Positions 47,413-58,823 of a stretch of DNA of 64,000 bases are shown one piece after another. The DNA comes from Actinomycetota bacterium (GTDB taxonomy: Bacteria; Actinomycetota; CALGFH01; JBBAAN01), in contig JBBAAN010000004.1 in assembly GCA_041658225.1 (NCBI GenBank), positions 2,945-66,944 of the forward strand, read 5' to 3'. A program made the translations under genes and the position numbers. The notes below the pieces were generated by a model that did no database searches, was not told the DNA's origin, and saw only the letters and a program-made list of their open reading frames with translations. Each line of letters begins with the position of its first letter. Position 1 is the first letter of the stretch.

Positions 47413-47735
47413 TGCCCACGATCAAGCTTCGCAAGGACGACCGGGTGCAGGTCATGGCCGGCAAGGACGCCGGCAAGGAAGGCCGTATCGTCAAGGTCTT
47501 CATCGACAAGGGCAAGGTCATGGTCGAGGGCGTCAACCGCGTCAAGCGCCACGAGAAAGTCCGCCAGTCCCGCGCGGGCGCCATGCAGGGCGGCATCGTG
47601 GAGAAGGAAGCCCCGGTGGACATCTCCAACGTGCAGTTGATTTGCGGGGCCTGCAGCAAGCCGACCCGCATCGGCTACCGCTTCGACGACGCCAACAAGA
47701 TCCGTATCTGCCGCAAGTGCGGCGCCGACCTGTAG
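47412..47735 (+). CDS. rplX: 50S ribosomal protein L24 with a C-terminal CxxC..CxxC extension
   Basis: GTG overlaps the rplN stop; KOW domain; tail CGACSKPTRIGYRFDDANKIRICRKCGADL. Confidence 0.88.
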   Translation: MPTIKLRKDDRVQVMAGKDAGKEGRIVKVFIDKGKVMVEGVNRVKRHEKVRQSRAGAMQGGIVEKEAPVDISNVQLICGACSKPTRIGYRFDDANKIRICRKCGADL

Positions 47736-47741
47736 GACGGG

Positions 47742-48305
47742 ATGATGGTCACGGCCACTGAGAATGTGCCCCGGCTCAAGCTGCGGTACCGGGATGAGAT
47801 CCGCCCGGCGCTCAAGCAGGAATTGGGCCTCGAGAACATCATGCAGGTGCCTCGCCTGGAGAAGGTCGTGCTCAACATGGGCACCGGCGACGCCCTCAAG
47901 GAACCGAAGCTGCTCGACGGCGCCGTGCGCGACCTGACCCAGATCACCGGCCAGAAGCCGGTGGTCACCAAGGCCAAGCGCGCGATCGCCGCTTTCAAGC
48001 TTCGTCAGGGGATGAGCGTCGGGGTCACGGTGACCCTGCGGGGCGACCGGATGTGGGAGTTCATGGACCGGCTGCTGTCGCTGGCCCTGCCGCGCATCCG
48101 CGACTTCCGCGGGCTGAGCCCGAAGAGCTTCGACGGCCACGGCAACTACAGCCTTGGGCTGACCGAGCAGTTGGTGTTTCCGGAGATCGACTACGACAAG
48201 ATCGAGAAGGTTCGGGGAATGGACATCTCGATCGTGACCACGGCTCTCGACGATGCCCAGGGGCTGGCCTTTCTCAAGGCCTTGGGCATGCCGTTCAGGG
48301 CCTAG
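47742..48305 (+). CDS. rplE: 50S ribosomal protein L5
   Basis: 187 aa matching L5. Confidence 0.95.
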   Translation: MMVTATENVPRLKLRYRDEIRPALKQELGLENIMQVPRLEKVVLNMGTGDALKEPKLLDGAVRDLTQITGQKPVVTKAKRAIAAFKLRQGMSVGVTVTLRGDRMWEFMDRLLSLALPRIRDFRGLSPKSFDGHGNYSLGLTEQLVFPEIDYDKIEKVRGMDISIVTTALDDAQGLAFLKALGMPFRA

Positions 48306-48327
48306 GCTCCAGGAAAGGGAAAGCGAC

Positions 48328-48513
48328 ATGGCCAAGAAGGCTCTCGTCGAGAAGGCGAAGCGGAAGCCGAAGTTCTCCGTCCGCGCCTACACTCGTTGCC
48401 ACCGGTGCGGACGCCCCCGGGCGGTCCTGCGCAAGTTCGGTCTGTGCCGGATCTGCCTGCGGCAGTTGGTGCACTCGGGCGAGATCCCCGGGGTCACGAA
48501 GTCCAGTTGGTAG
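48328..48513 (+). CDS. rpsN: 30S ribosomal protein S14 type Z (zinc-binding, 61 aa)
   Basis: [23 protein letters not shown]. Confidence 0.92.
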   Translation: MAKKALVEKAKRKPKFSVRAYTRCHRCGRPRAVLRKFGLCRICLRQLVHSGEIPGVTKSSW

Positions 48514-48571
48514 ACATCGCCCGCGCAGGCCGCCGTCAGGCGGAACCGCGTGAGCAGGAGGTGGCAGGAAT

Positions 48572-48970
48572 ATGAGTATGACGGACCCGATCGCGGACAT
48601 GCTGACGCGGGTGCGCAATGCGAACTCCGCGTCCCACGAGTCCGTGGCCATGCCGTCTTCAACGATGAAAGCGGCCGTCGCCCAGATCCTCAAGGATGAG
48701 GGCTACATCGGGGACTTTGTCGTGGACACTTCGGGCGCCAGGCCGGTGCTTCGCATCGAGCTGAAGTACGCGCCCAACCGGGAACGCACGATTCGAGGAA
48801 TCCGGCGCATCTCCAAGCCGGGCCTTCGGGTGTACGCCAAGCGGGAGGACATCCCCCGTGTTCTTGGGGGTCTCGGGATCGCCATCCTGTCGACCTCCCG
48901 GGGGCTTCTGACCGACCGGCAGGCCGTGAAGCAGGGTGTGGGCGGCGAAGTTGTCGCCTTCGTGTGGTAG
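48572..48970 (+). CDS. rpsH: 30S ribosomal protein S8
   Basis: 132 aa matching S8. Confidence 0.95.
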   Translation: MSMTDPIADMLTRVRNANSASHESVAMPSSTMKAAVAQILKDEGYIGDFVVDTSGARPVLRIELKYAPNRERTIRGIRRISKPGLRVYAKREDIPRVLGGLGIAILSTSRGLLTDRQAVKQGVGGEVVAFVW

Positions 48971-48979
48971 GGGAGAGCG

Positions 48980-49519
48980 ATGTCGCGGATCGGACGCCTG
49001 CCCATTGAGGTACCTCCCGGAGTGGAGGTGGCCATCGAGGGACGGCTGGTTACGGTGAAGGGACCCAAGGGCGTCCTGGAGCAGCAGCTGCCGCCCGAGA
49101 TGGAGATCGTCAAGGAAGAGGACGGCACGATCTGCGTGCGCCGTCCCTCCGACGCGCGCGAGCACCGTGCGCTGCACGGGCTTACCCGGACCCTCGTGGC
49201 CAACATGGTCGAGGGCGTGAGCAAGGGATTCGAGAAGACCCTCGAGATCGTGGGTGTCGGCTATCGCGCCGCGTCCAAGGACGGCGGGTTGGATCTGGCC
49301 CTCGGTTTCTCCCACCCGGTGCGTATCGAGGCTCCGGAGGGCATCTCCTTCGAGGTGCCCAGCAACACGAAGATCGTGGTCAAGGGCATCGACAAGCAGC
49401 AGGTGGGACAGGTGGCAGCCGACATCCGGTCGATCCGCAAGCCGAACCCTTACAAGGGCAAGGGTGTGCGGTATTCCGGCGAGGTGGTACGGCGCAAGGC
49501 CGGCAAGGCCGGCAAGTAG
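48980..49519 (+). CDS. rplF: 50S ribosomal protein L6
   Basis: 179 aa matching L6. Confidence 0.95.
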   Translation: MSRIGRLPIEVPPGVEVAIEGRLVTVKGPKGVLEQQLPPEMEIVKEEDGTICVRRPSDAREHRALHGLTRTLVANMVEGVSKGFEKTLEIVGVGYRAASKDGGLDLALGFSHPVRIEAPEGISFEVPSNTKIVVKGIDKQQVGQVAADIRSIRKPNPYKGKGVRYSGEVVRRKAGKAGK

Positions 49520-49579
49520 CGCCGCGGCCGATGACCGGTTGTCGGTCCGGCGGCAAGGCAGGGAAGGTCTGGGAGGATC

Positions 49580-49936
49580 ATGGAGGCGAAGCAGAAGCGG
49601 CACGCGCGGATCAAGCGGCATTCGCGGGTTCGCCTGAAGGTTTCGGGCACGCCGTCTCGCCCGCGGCTGGCCGTCTACCGCTCCAACCGTCACATCTACG
49701 CTCAGATCGTCGACGACGTGGCCGGCAACACCCTGGTGTCCGCCTACAGCCGTGAGGTCTCGGTGGAGGACGGCAAGGGCAAGACCGGCGTCGCGGAGGC
49801 GGTTGGCCGGTTGCTGGCCGAGAGGGCTCGCGACCGGGGAATTGGCCAGGTGGTGTTCGACCGCGGCGGATTTCTTTTCCATGGCCGAGTGCGGAGTCTC
49901 GCGCAGGGCGCGCGTGACACCGGACTCGAGTTCTAA
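49580..49936 (+). CDS. rplR: 50S ribosomal protein L18
   Basis: 118 aa matching L18. Confidence 0.93.
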   Translation: MEAKQKRHARIKRHSRVRLKVSGTPSRPRLAVYRSNRHIYAQIVDDVAGNTLVSAYSREVSVEDGKGKTGVAEAVGRLLAERARDRGIGQVVFDRGGFLFHGRVRSLAQGARDTGLEF

Positions 49937-49948
49937 AGGAGGACTTGA

Positions 49949-50563
49949 ATGAGCCCAGCCCCCGCCCGACGGGGCCCTGGCTCGCGCGGACCCCGCCGTG
50001 ACGAGGCAAGGCGCGATGAACAGAAGAGTCAGTACGAGGAGCGGGTCGTAAGCGTCAACCGCGTGGCCAAGGTGGTCAAGGGCGGACGGCGCTTCCGGTT
50101 CGCGGCCCTCGTCGTGGTCGGTGACGGCAACGGCACCGTCGGCGTCGGTTACGGCAAGGCCAAGGAAGTCCCGGCCGCCGTCGCCAAGGGCGTCGAGGAA
50201 GCCAAGAAGAACTTCTTCAAGGTCCCGCGCATCGGAACCTCCATCCCACACCCGGTCATCGGTGAGGCAGCCGGTGGTCGCGTGATGCTCAAGCCCGCCT
50301 CCCCGGGTACCGGGGTCATCGCGGGTGGTCCCGTGCGCGCGGTTGTGGAGGCCGCCGGAATCCACGACATCCTGTCCAAGTCCCTCGGGTCCTCCAACGC
50401 CCTCAACATCGTCAGGGCCACGGTGGCCGGCTTGAAGAGCCTGCAGGAGCCCGAGCACATCGCTCGCTTGCGCGGGCTCCCCCTCGAGCACGTCGCTTTC
50501 CGGCCCGTGGTCGAAGCGCTGCGTGGGCCCAAGCCCGAGCCCGCGAAGGGGGCCGAGGCATGA
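49949..50563 (+). CDS. rpsE: 30S ribosomal protein S5
   Basis: 204 aa matching S5, with a basic N-terminal extension. Confidence 0.93.
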   Translation: MSPAPARRGPGSRGPRRDEARRDEQKSQYEERVVSVNRVAKVVKGGRRFRFAALVVVGDGNGTVGVGYGKAKEVPAAVAKGVEEAKKNFFKVPRIGTSIPHPVIGEAAGGRVMLKPASPGTGVIAGGPVRAVVEAAGIHDILSKSLGSSNALNIVRATVAGLKSLQEPEHIARLRGLPLEHVAFRPVVEALRGPKPEPAKGAEA

Positions 50564-50748
50564 GCACGCGGCTCAAGGTGACACAAGTCCACTCCACCAT
50601 CGGGCGCGAGGGATCTCAGAAGCGAACCATCAAGGGCCTGGGCCTTCGGCGGATTGGTGATGTCGTCATCAAGGAAGATCGCCCGGAGATCCGGGGAATG
50701 ATCGCCAAGGTCGCCCACCTGGTGAAGGTGGAGGAGGTGACCGAGTGA
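50560..50748 (+). CDS. rpmD: 50S ribosomal protein L30
   Basis: 62 aa; overlaps the rpsE stop. Confidence 0.9.
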   Translation: MSTRLKVTQVHSTIGREGSQKRTIKGLGLRRIGDVVIKEDRPEIRGMIAKVAHLVKVEEVTE

Positions 50749-51185
50749 AGCTCCACCATCTGCGTCCGGCTCCTGGGGCCAAGAAGGCGCCGAAGCGCGT
50801 CGGTCGCGGCGAGGGATCGGGTCATGGCAAGACGTCCGGTCGGGGGATGAAGGGCTCCAAGGCTCGGGGCGAGGTCCGCGCCGGTTTCGAGGGCGGGCAG
50901 ATGCCTCTCCAGCGCAGGGTGCCCAAGCTGAAAGGCTTCACCAACCCGTTCAAGGTCGAGTACGACTTGGTCAACGTCGAGCGCCTGGGAGTTTTCTCCG
51001 CCGGCTCGGTCGTGGGCCCGCAAGAGCTCGTCGATCGGGGAGTGGTCCGCAAGGGCCGGCTGGTGAAGGTGTTGGGCGGAGGCGAGCTGTCGGTGGCGCT
51101 GACGGTGAAGGCCCACGCTTTCTCGGGAACGGCCTCCGAGAAGGTGCGCTCGGCAGGCGGGACCGTCGAGATCATGAAGGCCTAG
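50745..51185 (+). CDS. rplO: 50S ribosomal protein L15
   Basis: 146 aa matching L15. Confidence 0.93.
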   Translation: MKLHHLRPAPGAKKAPKRVGRGEGSGHGKTSGRGMKGSKARGEVRAGFEGGQMPLQRRVPKLKGFTNPFKVEYDLVNVERLGVFSAGSVVGPQELVDRGVVRKGRLVKVLGGGELSVALTVKAHAFSGTASEKVRSAGGTVEIMKA

Positions 51186-51201
51186 GAGAGAGGGTCAACC
51201 A

Positions 51202-52494
51202 ATGCTCTCGGCCTTCCGCAACGCGTTCAAGGTCCCCGACCTTCGGAAGAAGATCCTGTTCACGCTCGGGGTCCTCGCGGTCTACCGGCTGGGTTGCCAC
51301 ATCCCCACGCCGGGGGCCGACTATTCCGCCATCCAGCAGGCGATCGAGCAGACCGGGTCCGACCAGCAGGGCATCTACACCCTGATCAACCTCTTCTCCG
51401 GCGGGGCGCTGACCCAGTTCGCGATCTTCGCCCTGGGCATCATGCCGGCCATCACGTCGCAGATCATCATGCAGCTTCTGACCGTGGTGATCCCCAAGCT
51501 GGAGGCGTGGCAGAAGGAAGGCGAGGCCGGCTACAAGAAGATCCAGCAGTGGACCCGCTACCTCACCGTGACCCTGGCCCTGATGCAGTCCACGGCGATG
51601 ACGGTGATGGCCAACCGCGGTCAGCTCGTGCAGGGCATCAAGATCATCCCCGACCGCAACTTCACTCCGCCCCGCATCGCGCTGACGGTGCTCTCGCTCA
51701 CGGCCGGCACCGCGCTGATCATGTGGATGGGTGAGCTCATCACCCAGCGGGGCATCGGCAACGGTATGAGCTTGATCATCTTCGCCTCGATCATCGCCCG
51801 GCTTCCGGTGGAAGGCAGCACCATCCTCAGCGTCAACGGCTTGCCGCTGTTCATCTTCGTGCTGCTGCTGGGCTTCGGGATCATCGTGGCGGTGGTGCTC
51901 GTCGAGCAGGCGCAACGGCGCATCCCGGTGCAGTACGCCAAGCGAATGGTCGGCCGGCGCATGTACGGTGGAACCTCGACCTACATACCGCTCAAGGTCA
52001 ACCAGGCCGGCGTCATCCCGATCATCTTCGCCTCGTCTCTGCTCTACCTGCCGGCCCTGGCCGCCTCGATCGTGCGCTGGGACTGGCTGCAGAAGTTCGT
52101 CAACTCGACCTTCGCCAAGGGATCCGGCCCGGTGTACATCATCAGCTACTTCGTGCTGATCATCTTCTTCGCCTACTTCTACACGGCCATCACCTTCAAC
52201 CCACTGGACGTGGCGGACAACATGAAGAAGTACGGGGGGTTCATCCCGGGTATCCGGCCGGGCCGGCCCACCGCCGAGTACCTGGACCACATCCTCACCC
52301 GCATCACCCTGCCGGGCAGCCTGTTCCTGGGCTCGATCGCGATCCTTCCGTTCTTGGCGCTGGCCGCGTGGGGCATCAACTCGTTCCCATTCGGTGGTAC
52401 CGCGATCCTGATCGTGGTCGGGGTGGCGCTGGAGACGATGAAGCAGATCGACAGCCAGCTCCTCATGCGCAACTACGAGGGATTCCTGCGGTAG
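51202..52494 (+). CDS. secY: Preprotein translocase subunit SecY
   Basis: 430 aa with 10 TM helices and typical SecY motifs. Confidence 0.96.
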   Translation: MLSAFRNAFKVPDLRKKILFTLGVLAVYRLGCHIPTPGADYSAIQQAIEQTGSDQQGIYTLINLFSGGALTQFAIFALGIMPAITSQIIMQLLTVVIPKLEAWQKEGEAGYKKIQQWTRYLTVTLALMQSTAMTVMANRGQLVQGIKIIPDRNFTPPRIALTVLSLTAGTALIMWMGELITQRGIGNGMSLIIFASIIARLPVEGSTILSVNGLPLFIFVLLLGFGIIVAVVLVEQAQRRIPVQYAKRMVGRRMYGGTSTYIPLKVNQAGVIPIIFASSLLYLPALAASIVRWDWLQKFVNSTFAKGSGPVYIISYFVLIIFFAYFYTAITFNPLDVADNMKKYGGFIPGIRPGRPTAEYLDHILTRITLPGSLFLGSIAILPFLALAAWGINSFPFGGTAILIVVGVALETMKQIDSQLLMRNYEGFLR

Positions 52495-52638
52495 CGCCGA
52501 GCCACGTGGTTGGCCGGCCTCACACGCCGGCGAGCCGGCGCTGGCTCCGGTCGTCTCGATCCGGCTGAAACGGACCAGGTCGGGTTGGCCCGGCTCCCCA
52601 GCGTGAGCCGGGCTGGTCGATGGAAGGGAGAGAAGAAC

Positions 52639-53280
52639 ATGCGACTGGTGCTCTTGGGGCCTCCGGGCTCCGGCAAGGGAACCCAGGCCAAGAAGCTGGC
52701 CGAGCACTTCGGCGTGCCTCACATCTCGACGGGAGACATCCTGAGGGAGAACGTCAAGCGCGGTACCGATCTCGGCGCGCAGGCCAAGCAGTACATGGAC
52801 GCCGGCAAGCTGGTTCCCGACGAGTTGGTTGTCGCCATCGTGGTGGACCGGCTGGCGCGGGGTGATGCCGCGGAGGGCTTCCTCCTCGACGGCTTCCCCC
52901 GAACGGTGGCTCAGGCCGAGGCGTTGGAGACCCAGCTCGCCGCATCGGCAAGTGGCCTGGACGTCGTGTTGGAGCTCAGGATCCCCGACGAGCTGATCGT
53001 TCCCCGCATGTCGGGACGCCGCTCTTGCCCCGCATGCGGCGCCGTCTACCATGTCACGGGCAACCCGCCCAAGACCGCCGGGATCTGCGACAACGACGGC
53101 AAGGAACTCGTCCAACGCGTGGACGACGCCGAGGAGACCGTGCGCGACCGCCTGGCGGTCTACGCAGCCCAGACCGCGCCGCTGCTGGACTGGTACGGCG
53201 CAAAGAGCCTGCTCAAGTCCATCGAGGCAACGGGCACACCCGACGAGGTCACCGGCCTGGCGCTGACGGTTCTGTCGTGA
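52639..53280 (+). CDS. adk: Adenylate kinase (zinc-lid type)
   Basis: P-loop GPPGSGKGTQ; lid CPACGAVYH..CDNDG. Confidence 0.93.
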   Translation: MRLVLLGPPGSGKGTQAKKLAEHFGVPHISTGDILRENVKRGTDLGAQAKQYMDAGKLVPDELVVAIVVDRLARGDAAEGFLLDGFPRTVAQAEALETQLAASASGLDVVLELRIPDELIVPRMSGRRSCPACGAVYHVTGNPPKTAGICDNDGKELVQRVDDAEETVRDRLAVYAAQTAPLLDWYGAKSLLKSIEATGTPDEVTGLALTVLS

Positions 53281-53308
53281 TCGGTTCGCCTGGTGGGAAG
53301 GCCGGAGC

Positions 53309-54103
53309 TTGATCGTACGCAAGTCCGCGGATGAGTTGGCTCGCATGCGTGCGGCCGGGTCGGTGGTGGTCGCCACCCTCGAGGCCGTGCGTGGCGCGGT
53401 GCGTCCCGGGGTTGCCACCGCGGAGCTGGATCGGCTGGCGGAGGAGATGATCCTCTCTCACGGTGGGGTGCCCGCCTTCAAGGGCTATGCGCCGCGCGGC
53501 ATGAGGGCCTACCCGGCCTCGATTTGCACCTCGATCAACGAGGAGATCGTGCACGGCATCCCCGGCCCGCGCCGTCTGGTCGAAGGCGACATCCTCTCGG
53601 TTGACTGCGGTGTGGCACTCGACGGCTATCACGGCGATGCCGCGATTACCGTGGCGGTTGGGGAGGTGGACTCGGCCTCGCGGCGGCTGATGGAGGTCAC
53701 CGAGCGCTCGCTTGGCGCGGCCATCCAGCGGTGCCGCGTGGGCGCTCATCTGTCGGACATCGGCAACGCGGTTCAGAAAGTGGTGGAGGCCGAGGGCTTT
53801 GCGGTCGTGCGCGAGTACGTCGGTCACGGCATCGGCGTGGCGATGCACGAGGAGCCGGCGGTGCCCAACTACGGACCGGCGGGGCGCGGGGTCAAGCTGC
53901 AGCCGGGCATGGTCTTCGCCATCGAGCCGATGGTCAACGCCGGCACGTGGATGACCAAGGTGCTCGATGACGGTTGGACGGTGGCGACTGAGGACGGGTC
54001 GCGCTCGGCCCATTTCGAGCACACGGTCGCCGTGACGGAGGAAGGTCCTCGGGTGCTGACGGCGCCGGCGGAGGGTGATGCCGGCCACGGGGGCGGGCGG
54101 TGA
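53309..54103 (+). CDS. map: Methionine aminopeptidase type I
   Basis: TTG start; metal ligands D..D..H..E..E in the typical context. Confidence 0.9.
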   Translation: MIVRKSADELARMRAAGSVVVATLEAVRGAVRPGVATAELDRLAEEMILSHGGVPAFKGYAPRGMRAYPASICTSINEEIVHGIPGPRRLVEGDILSVDCGVALDGYHGDAAITVAVGEVDSASRRLMEVTERSLGAAIQRCRVGAHLSDIGNAVQKVVEAEGFAVVREYVGHGIGVAMHEEPAVPNYGPAGRGVKLQPGMVFAIEPMVNAGTWMTKVLDDGWTVATEDGSRSAHFEHTVAVTEEGPRVLTAPAEGDAGHGGGR

Positions 54104-54247
54104 GTGGGCGCCGTTCGAAGAGCCCCGGTTGCCGGAGCGGGGAGAGTGTTGCTAATATTGAACGTTGTCCCCAGCCGGGGGCGGATCCACATCCATCTCG
54201 CCGTTCGGGGCAGCGCGCGTCCGTCGGGGGGGGAAGGATCGAGCAGG

Positions 54248-54472
54248 TTGCCAAAGAGTAAGGATGGAGCCATCGGGGTCGAGGGCACGGTTGTGGAGCC
54301 GTTGCCCAATGCCATGTTCCGGGTGGAACTGGAAAACGGCCATAAGGTTCTTGCCCACATCTCGGGCAAGATGCGGATGCACTACATCCGCATCCTCCCG
54401 GGGGACCGGGTGGTGGTGGAGCTCTCGCCGTACGACCTGACGCGAGGCCGCATCACCTACCGGTACAAGTAG
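54248..54472 (+). CDS. infA: Translation initiation factor IF-1
   Basis: TTG start behind GGGAAGGA; 74 aa [51 protein letters not shown]. Confidence 0.88.
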   Translation: MPKSKDGAIGVEGTVVEPLPNAMFRVELENGHKVLAHISGKMRMHYIRILPGDRVVVELSPYDLTRGRITYRYK

Positions 54473-54504
54473 CAGGCGCATGGGTAACTCGGAGGGGCCA
54501 TTTC

Positions 54505-54618
54505 ATGAAGGTGAAGCCGTCTGTAAAGAAGATTTGCGAGAAGTGCAAGCTGGTCCGCCGCCGCGGTCGGGTAACGGTTATTTGCGCCAATCCCCGACAC
54601 AAGCAGCGGCAGGGCTAG
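54505..54618 (+). CDS. rpmJ: 50S ribosomal protein L36 (37 aa, C3H zinc type). Below the ORF-track size cut-off.
   Basis: [37 protein letters not shown]; RBS GGAGGGG 8 nt upstream. Confidence 0.88.
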   Translation: MKVKPSVKKICEKCKLVRRRGRVTVICANPRHKQRQG

Positions 54619-54643
54619 CCGGCAGGGAAGCTAAGGAGGCGCG

Positions 54644-55021
54644 GTGGCGCGAATCGCAGGGGTAGACCTGCCGAGAGAGAAGCGGGTAGAGATCGGTCTC
54701 ACCTATATCTACGGGGTCGGTCGGACCCGGGCTATGGAGGCTCTCGTCGCCGCCCAGGTGGACCCCTCCACTCGGGTCAAGGACCTGTCCGAGGACGAGG
54801 TCGTCAGGCTGCGCCGCTGGATCGACGCGCACCTGAAGGTGGAGGGCGACCTTCGGCGGTCGGTGGCCCAGGACTTGAAGCGCAAGATCGAGATCGCCTG
54901 CTATCAGGGCGTGCGCCACCGTCGTGGTCTGCCGGTGCGCGGACAGCGCACTCACACCAACGCTCGCACTCGCAAGGGCCCCCGCAAGGCCATTGCGGGC
55001 AAGAAGAAGGCCCGGAAGTAG
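54644..55021 (+). CDS. rpsM: 30S ribosomal protein S13
   Basis: 125 aa matching S13. Confidence 0.95.
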   Translation: MARIAGVDLPREKRVEIGLTYIYGVGRTRAMEALVAAQVDPSTRVKDLSEDEVVRLRRWIDAHLKVEGDLRRSVAQDLKRKIEIACYQGVRHRRGLPVRGQRTHTNARTRKGPRKAIAGKKKARK

Positions 55022-55119
55022 CAGTCCACCCGGGCGTTCGCCTCAAAGGGGCGATCGCTCGGCGAGAAAAGAGCATTCGAGAGCAGCCGCATCGCGGCGG
55101 TTCGACGAGGGAGGAAGGG

Positions 55120-55515
55120 TTGCCCAAAGCCAAGGGGACCAAGAAGCCGCGGCGTAAGGAAAAGAAGAACATTCCGCACGCTCGGGTTCATATCCGGTCC
55201 ACGTTCAACAACACGATCATCACGATCGCCGACCTGCAGGGGAACGTCATCGCCTGGGCTTCCGCCGGCAACGTCGGGTTCAAGGGCTCCCGCAAGTCGA
55301 CCCCGTTCGCGGCCCAGATGGCCGCCGAGACCGCCGCTCGCAGGGCTCAGGAGCACGGGGTCAAGAAGGTCGACGTGTTTGTGCGTGGACCCGGCTCCGG
55401 ACGGGAGACGGCCATCCGCTCACTCCAGGCGGTGGGGCTCGAGGTCGCGGGGATCCAGGACGTCACCCCCGTGCCTCACAACGGCTGCCGCCCCCCCAAG
55501 CGCCGCCGCGTCTAG
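55120..55515 (+). CDS. rpsK: 30S ribosomal protein S11
   Basis: 131 aa matching S11. Confidence 0.94.
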   Translation: MPKAKGTKKPRRKEKKNIPHARVHIRSTFNNTIITIADLQGNVIAWASAGNVGFKGSRKSTPFAAQMAAETAARRAQEHGVKKVDVFVRGPGSGRETAIRSLQAVGLEVAGIQDVTPVPHNGCRPPKRRRV

Positions 55516-55605
55516 GTGGCGCGACTCGAACTGCGGCCCCAAGGGCCCGGCCGGGCACGGCAAGGATGCCCGCGTCGACGGGAAGGAAAGGAGTAGGAAG
55601 CCCAA

Positions 55606-56235
55606 ATGGCACGATATACAGAAGCCGTCTGCCGGCTGTGCCGGCGGGAAAAGGTCAAGCTGTTCCTCAAGGGTGCCCGCTGCGAGTCCGCGCAGTGTGC
55701 CATGGAGCGCCGCCCTTACCCTCCCGGCGATCACGGTGGAGGTCGGCGCACGAAGGAATCCCAGTACCTCCTGCAGCTTCGGGAGAAGCAGAAGTGCCGC
55801 CGTATCTACGGCGTGCTGGAGCGCCAATTCCGCGGCTACTACCGGGAGGCCGCGCGACGCAAGGGAGTCACCGGCGAGACCCTGTTGCAGATTCTCGAGA
55901 GCCGGCTTGACAACATCGTCTACCGCGCCGGCCTGGCTCGCTCGCGCAACCAGGCCCGCCAGCTCGTGCTGCACCAGCACATCCTGGTCAACGGCAAGCG
56001 CGTGAACGTTCCCTCCTACCTGACCAAGCCGGGTGACACCGTCCAGGTCAAGGAATCGAGCCGGGAGATCGCTCCCGTGCAGCTCGCCCTGCAGGCGGCC
56101 TCGGGCCGAACGGCCCCCGCATGGCTCGAGATCACGCTGCACGAGGCCAAGGCAACCATCCGCGACTACCCGACCCGGTCCCACATCGAGGTCCCGGTTC
56201 AAGAGCAGCTCATCGTCGAGCTCTACTCGAGGTAG
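55606..56235 (+). CDS. rpsD: 30S ribosomal protein S4
   Basis: 209 aa, N-terminal CRLCRREKVKLFLKGARC zinc motif. Confidence 0.94.
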   Translation: MARYTEAVCRLCRREKVKLFLKGARCESAQCAMERRPYPPGDHGGGRRTKESQYLLQLREKQKCRRIYGVLERQFRGYYREAARRKGVTGETLLQILESRLDNIVYRAGLARSRNQARQLVLHQHILVNGKRVNVPSYLTKPGDTVQVKESSREIAPVQLALQAASGRTAPAWLEITLHEAKATIRDYPTRSHIEVPVQEQLIVELYSR

Positions 56236-56301
56236 TCCAAGGCCAGTCCCTTCGGGGTGTCCGGCGCGTCATATGGCGGGCCGCCGGCGTAAGAAGGAGG
56301 A

Positions 56302-57243
56302 GTGTTCACCGTGCTTATCGTTCAGCGACCGCAGATCTATGAAGACCCCAAGTCCGATACCCGTTCGATCTTCCGCATCGAGCCGCTGGAGCCGGGCTTC
56401 GGCTACACCCTCGGCAACTCGCTGCGGCGTACCCTGCTTTCCTCCATCCCGGGCGCCGCGGTTTCCAGCGTCCGCATCGATGGCGTTTTGCACGAGTTCT
56501 CGACCATCCCGGGCGTGAAGGAAGACGTCACGGACATCGTCCTCAACGTCAAGGACCTCGTCCTGCGCTCGGAGTCCGAGGAGCCGGTGGTCATGTACCT
56601 GCGGGCCACGGGCCCGGGTGAGGTCAACGCCGCACTGATCACCCCCCCGGCTGAGGTGGAGATCATCAACCCCGACCTGCGCATCGCGACCTTGAACCGC
56701 AAGGGCAAGCTCGAGATGGAACTGGTCGTCGAGCACGGTCGCGGTTACGTTCCGGCCGAGCGCAACAAGAAGCCCAAGGATGAGATCGGCCGCATCCCGG
56801 TGGACTCGCTGTTCTCGCCGGTGCACCGCGTCAGCTACTCCGTCGAGGCTACCCGCGTGGAGCAGATGACCAACTACGACCGGCTGTTGCTGGACGTGGA
56901 GACCAACGGCTCGCTGACCCCGCGCGAGGCGCTCGCCTCGGCCGGCGGCACGCTGGTCGAGTTGCTGGGGCTGTTTGCCGAGTTGTCGGAGAGCGAGGTT
57001 CTGCACCTCGGACCGGTAGAGCCGACCGGCCCGCGCGCGGCCGACCTGGCGCTGCCGATCGAGGACATGGACTTGTCGGTTCGTTCGTACAACTGCCTGA
57101 AGCGCGAGAGTGTGCACACCGTCGGCGAGCTCGTGATGAAGTCCGAGGCCGACCTGCTGGACATCCGCAACTTCGGCGTGAAGTCGATCGATGAAGTCAA
57201 GGGCAAGCTCATGGAGCTGGGCTTGTCGTTGAGGGAGGACTGA
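56302..57243 (+). CDS. rpoA: DNA-directed RNA polymerase subunit alpha
   Basis: 313 aa with NTD and CTD. Start GTG 56302 or 56311. Confidence 0.95.
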   Translation: MFTVLIVQRPQIYEDPKSDTRSIFRIEPLEPGFGYTLGNSLRRTLLSSIPGAAVSSVRIDGVLHEFSTIPGVKEDVTDIVLNVKDLVLRSESEEPVVMYLRATGPGEVNAALITPPAEVEIINPDLRIATLNRKGKLEMELVVEHGRGYVPAERNKKPKDEIGRIPVDSLFSPVHRVSYSVEATRVEQMTNYDRLLLDVETNGSLTPREALASAGGTLVELLGLFAELSESEVLHLGPVEPTGPRAADLALPIEDMDLSVRSYNCLKRESVHTVGELVMKSEADLLDIRNFGVKSIDEVKGKLMELGLSLRED

Positions 57244-57246
57244 CGG

Positions 57247-57975
57247 ATGCCGCAGCCCACACGAGGCCCGCGCCTGGGTGGGGGCCCTGCCCACGAGAAG
57301 ATCATCATCTCCAACCTGGCCCGCAGCCTGTTCGAGGTCGGCCGCATCAAGACGACCGAAGCCAAGGCCAAGCGGCTTCGGCCCCAGGCCGAGAAGCTGA
57401 TCACCTTCGCCAAGCGCGGCGACATTCACGCCCGGCGTGAGGTGCTCAAGGTCGTGCGGGACAAGGAGATCGTGCACAAGCTCTTCGCCGAGATCGCCCC
57501 GCGCTTCGCGGACCGGCCGGGAGGCTACACCCGGATCCTGAAGATCGGCCCGCGCCCGGGCGACTGCGCGCCCATGGTGATCATCGAGTTGGTCGAAGGA
57601 GAGGTCGGCGAAGGTGAGGCCGCGCCTGAGTCCAAGGCCGCGCGCCGCGCGCCGTTTGCCCGCGCTCGCAAGGCGGCCGAGAAAGCCACCGCGGCCGCGC
57701 GTGCCCGCCGGGAGAAGCCGGCCTCCGGCGAAGAGGCGGAGGCGGAGGCGGAGGCGGAGGCGGGCGAGGGCGAGGGCGAGGAAGTCGTTGAGGCAGAGGC
57801 TGAGGTGAGCGAGGCCGCTGAGGCTGGTGAAGCTGAGGTCGTGGTGGGAGAAGCCGAAGCCGTCGCCGAGGAAGAGCCTGCTGCCGAGGAGCCGGTCGCG
57901 GAAGCTGCTGCCGAGGAGCCGGCGACAGAGACTCCGAGTCCCGAGGCCGAAGGCGAGACCAAGACCGAAGCCTAG
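57247..57975 (+). CDS. rplQ: 50S ribosomal protein L17 with a long Glu/Ala-rich C-terminal extension
   Basis: L17 core of about 120 aa followed by an EA/EG repetitive tail. Confidence 0.9.
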   Translation: MPQPTRGPRLGGGPAHEKIIISNLARSLFEVGRIKTTEAKAKRLRPQAEKLITFAKRGDIHARREVLKVVRDKEIVHKLFAEIAPRFADRPGGYTRILKIGPRPGDCAPMVIIELVEGEVGEGEAAPESKAARRAPFARARKAAEKATAAARARREKPASGEEAEAEAEAEAGEGEGEEVVEAEAEVSEAAEAGEAEVVVGEAEAVAEEEPAAEEPVAEAAAEEPATETPSPEAEGETKTEA

Positions 57976-57997
57976 GCGCAGGCCGGGAGGTCGGGCC

Positions 57998-58765
57998 GTG
58001 GTGCGAGTCGCGATCGTCTGTGCCTACGACGGCTCGGGATTCCGCGGTTTCGCGCGCCAGCAAGGGCTTCGCACGGTGCAGGGCGAGATCGAGGGGGCCC
58101 TGGAGCGGCTGGCCCGCGATCCGATCGTCACGGTGGGCGCCGGGAGAACCGATTCCGGGGTGCACGCGCGCCATCAGGTGCTGCACGCCGATGTTCCCGA
58201 GCGCATCGCGGCCGAGCCCCCGGCACTTTGCCGGAGACTCCAGGCGATCACCGGACGCGACTTGACGGTGTACGCGGTCTCAGGCGTTTCAAAGGAGTTC
58301 GACGCCCGCTTCTCCGCGCTCGAGCGCTGCTATCACTACCTCGTGGACGATCGTCCGTTCCCGGACCCGCTGCTGCGTCACACCGTGGCTGCGTGGCCGC
58401 ATCCGGTGTCGGTGAGCCGCATGCGAGCCGGGGCCAAGACGCTGCTCGGCACTCACGACTTCTCGGCGTTCTGCCGGCCGCGTCCGGGGCAGAGCCTCGT
58501 GCGTGAGGTTCGTCGTTTGGCGATAGAGCGACGCGAGGGACTGGTGTCGTTTCGAGTCGATGCCAATGCGTTTCTGCACCAGATGGTGCGGCGCGTGGTT
58601 GGCTTGCTGCTCGAGGTGGGAGACGGCTACCGTGAACCGGAAGAGGTGGCAGAAGTCCTGGAAGGCAAGGACCGCTCGAGATCCAGCCGGATAGCGCACC
58701 CGGAGGGCCTGACCCTCATCGAGGTCCGCTACCCCGCTCGCTTCCACATCCCCTCGCCGCTCTGA
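57998..58765 (+). CDS. truA: tRNA pseudouridine(38-40) synthase TruA
   Basis: GTG start; catalytic GAGRTDSGVHA motif. Confidence 0.88.
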   Translation: MVRVAIVCAYDGSGFRGFARQQGLRTVQGEIEGALERLARDPIVTVGAGRTDSGVHARHQVLHADVPERIAAEPPALCRRLQAITGRDLTVYAVSGVSKEFDARFSALERCYHYLVDDRPFPDPLLRHTVAAWPHPVSVSRMRAGAKTLLGTHDFSAFCRPRPGQSLVREVRRLAIERREGLVSFRVDANAFLHQMVRRVVGLLLEVGDGYREPEEVAEVLEGKDRSRSSRIAHPEGLTLIEVRYPARFHIPSPL

Positions 58766-58823
58766 CTTAGTAGCTCAGGCGGGATGCCTTGGGGATGGGG
58801 CTGTCACGGCATATCCACTTGGA

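Noticed and set aside
51172-53418. 748-aa minus-strand ORF
   Set aside because: Antisense to secY and adk; low-complexity Arg/Gly/Asp-rich translation typical of GC-skew artefacts.
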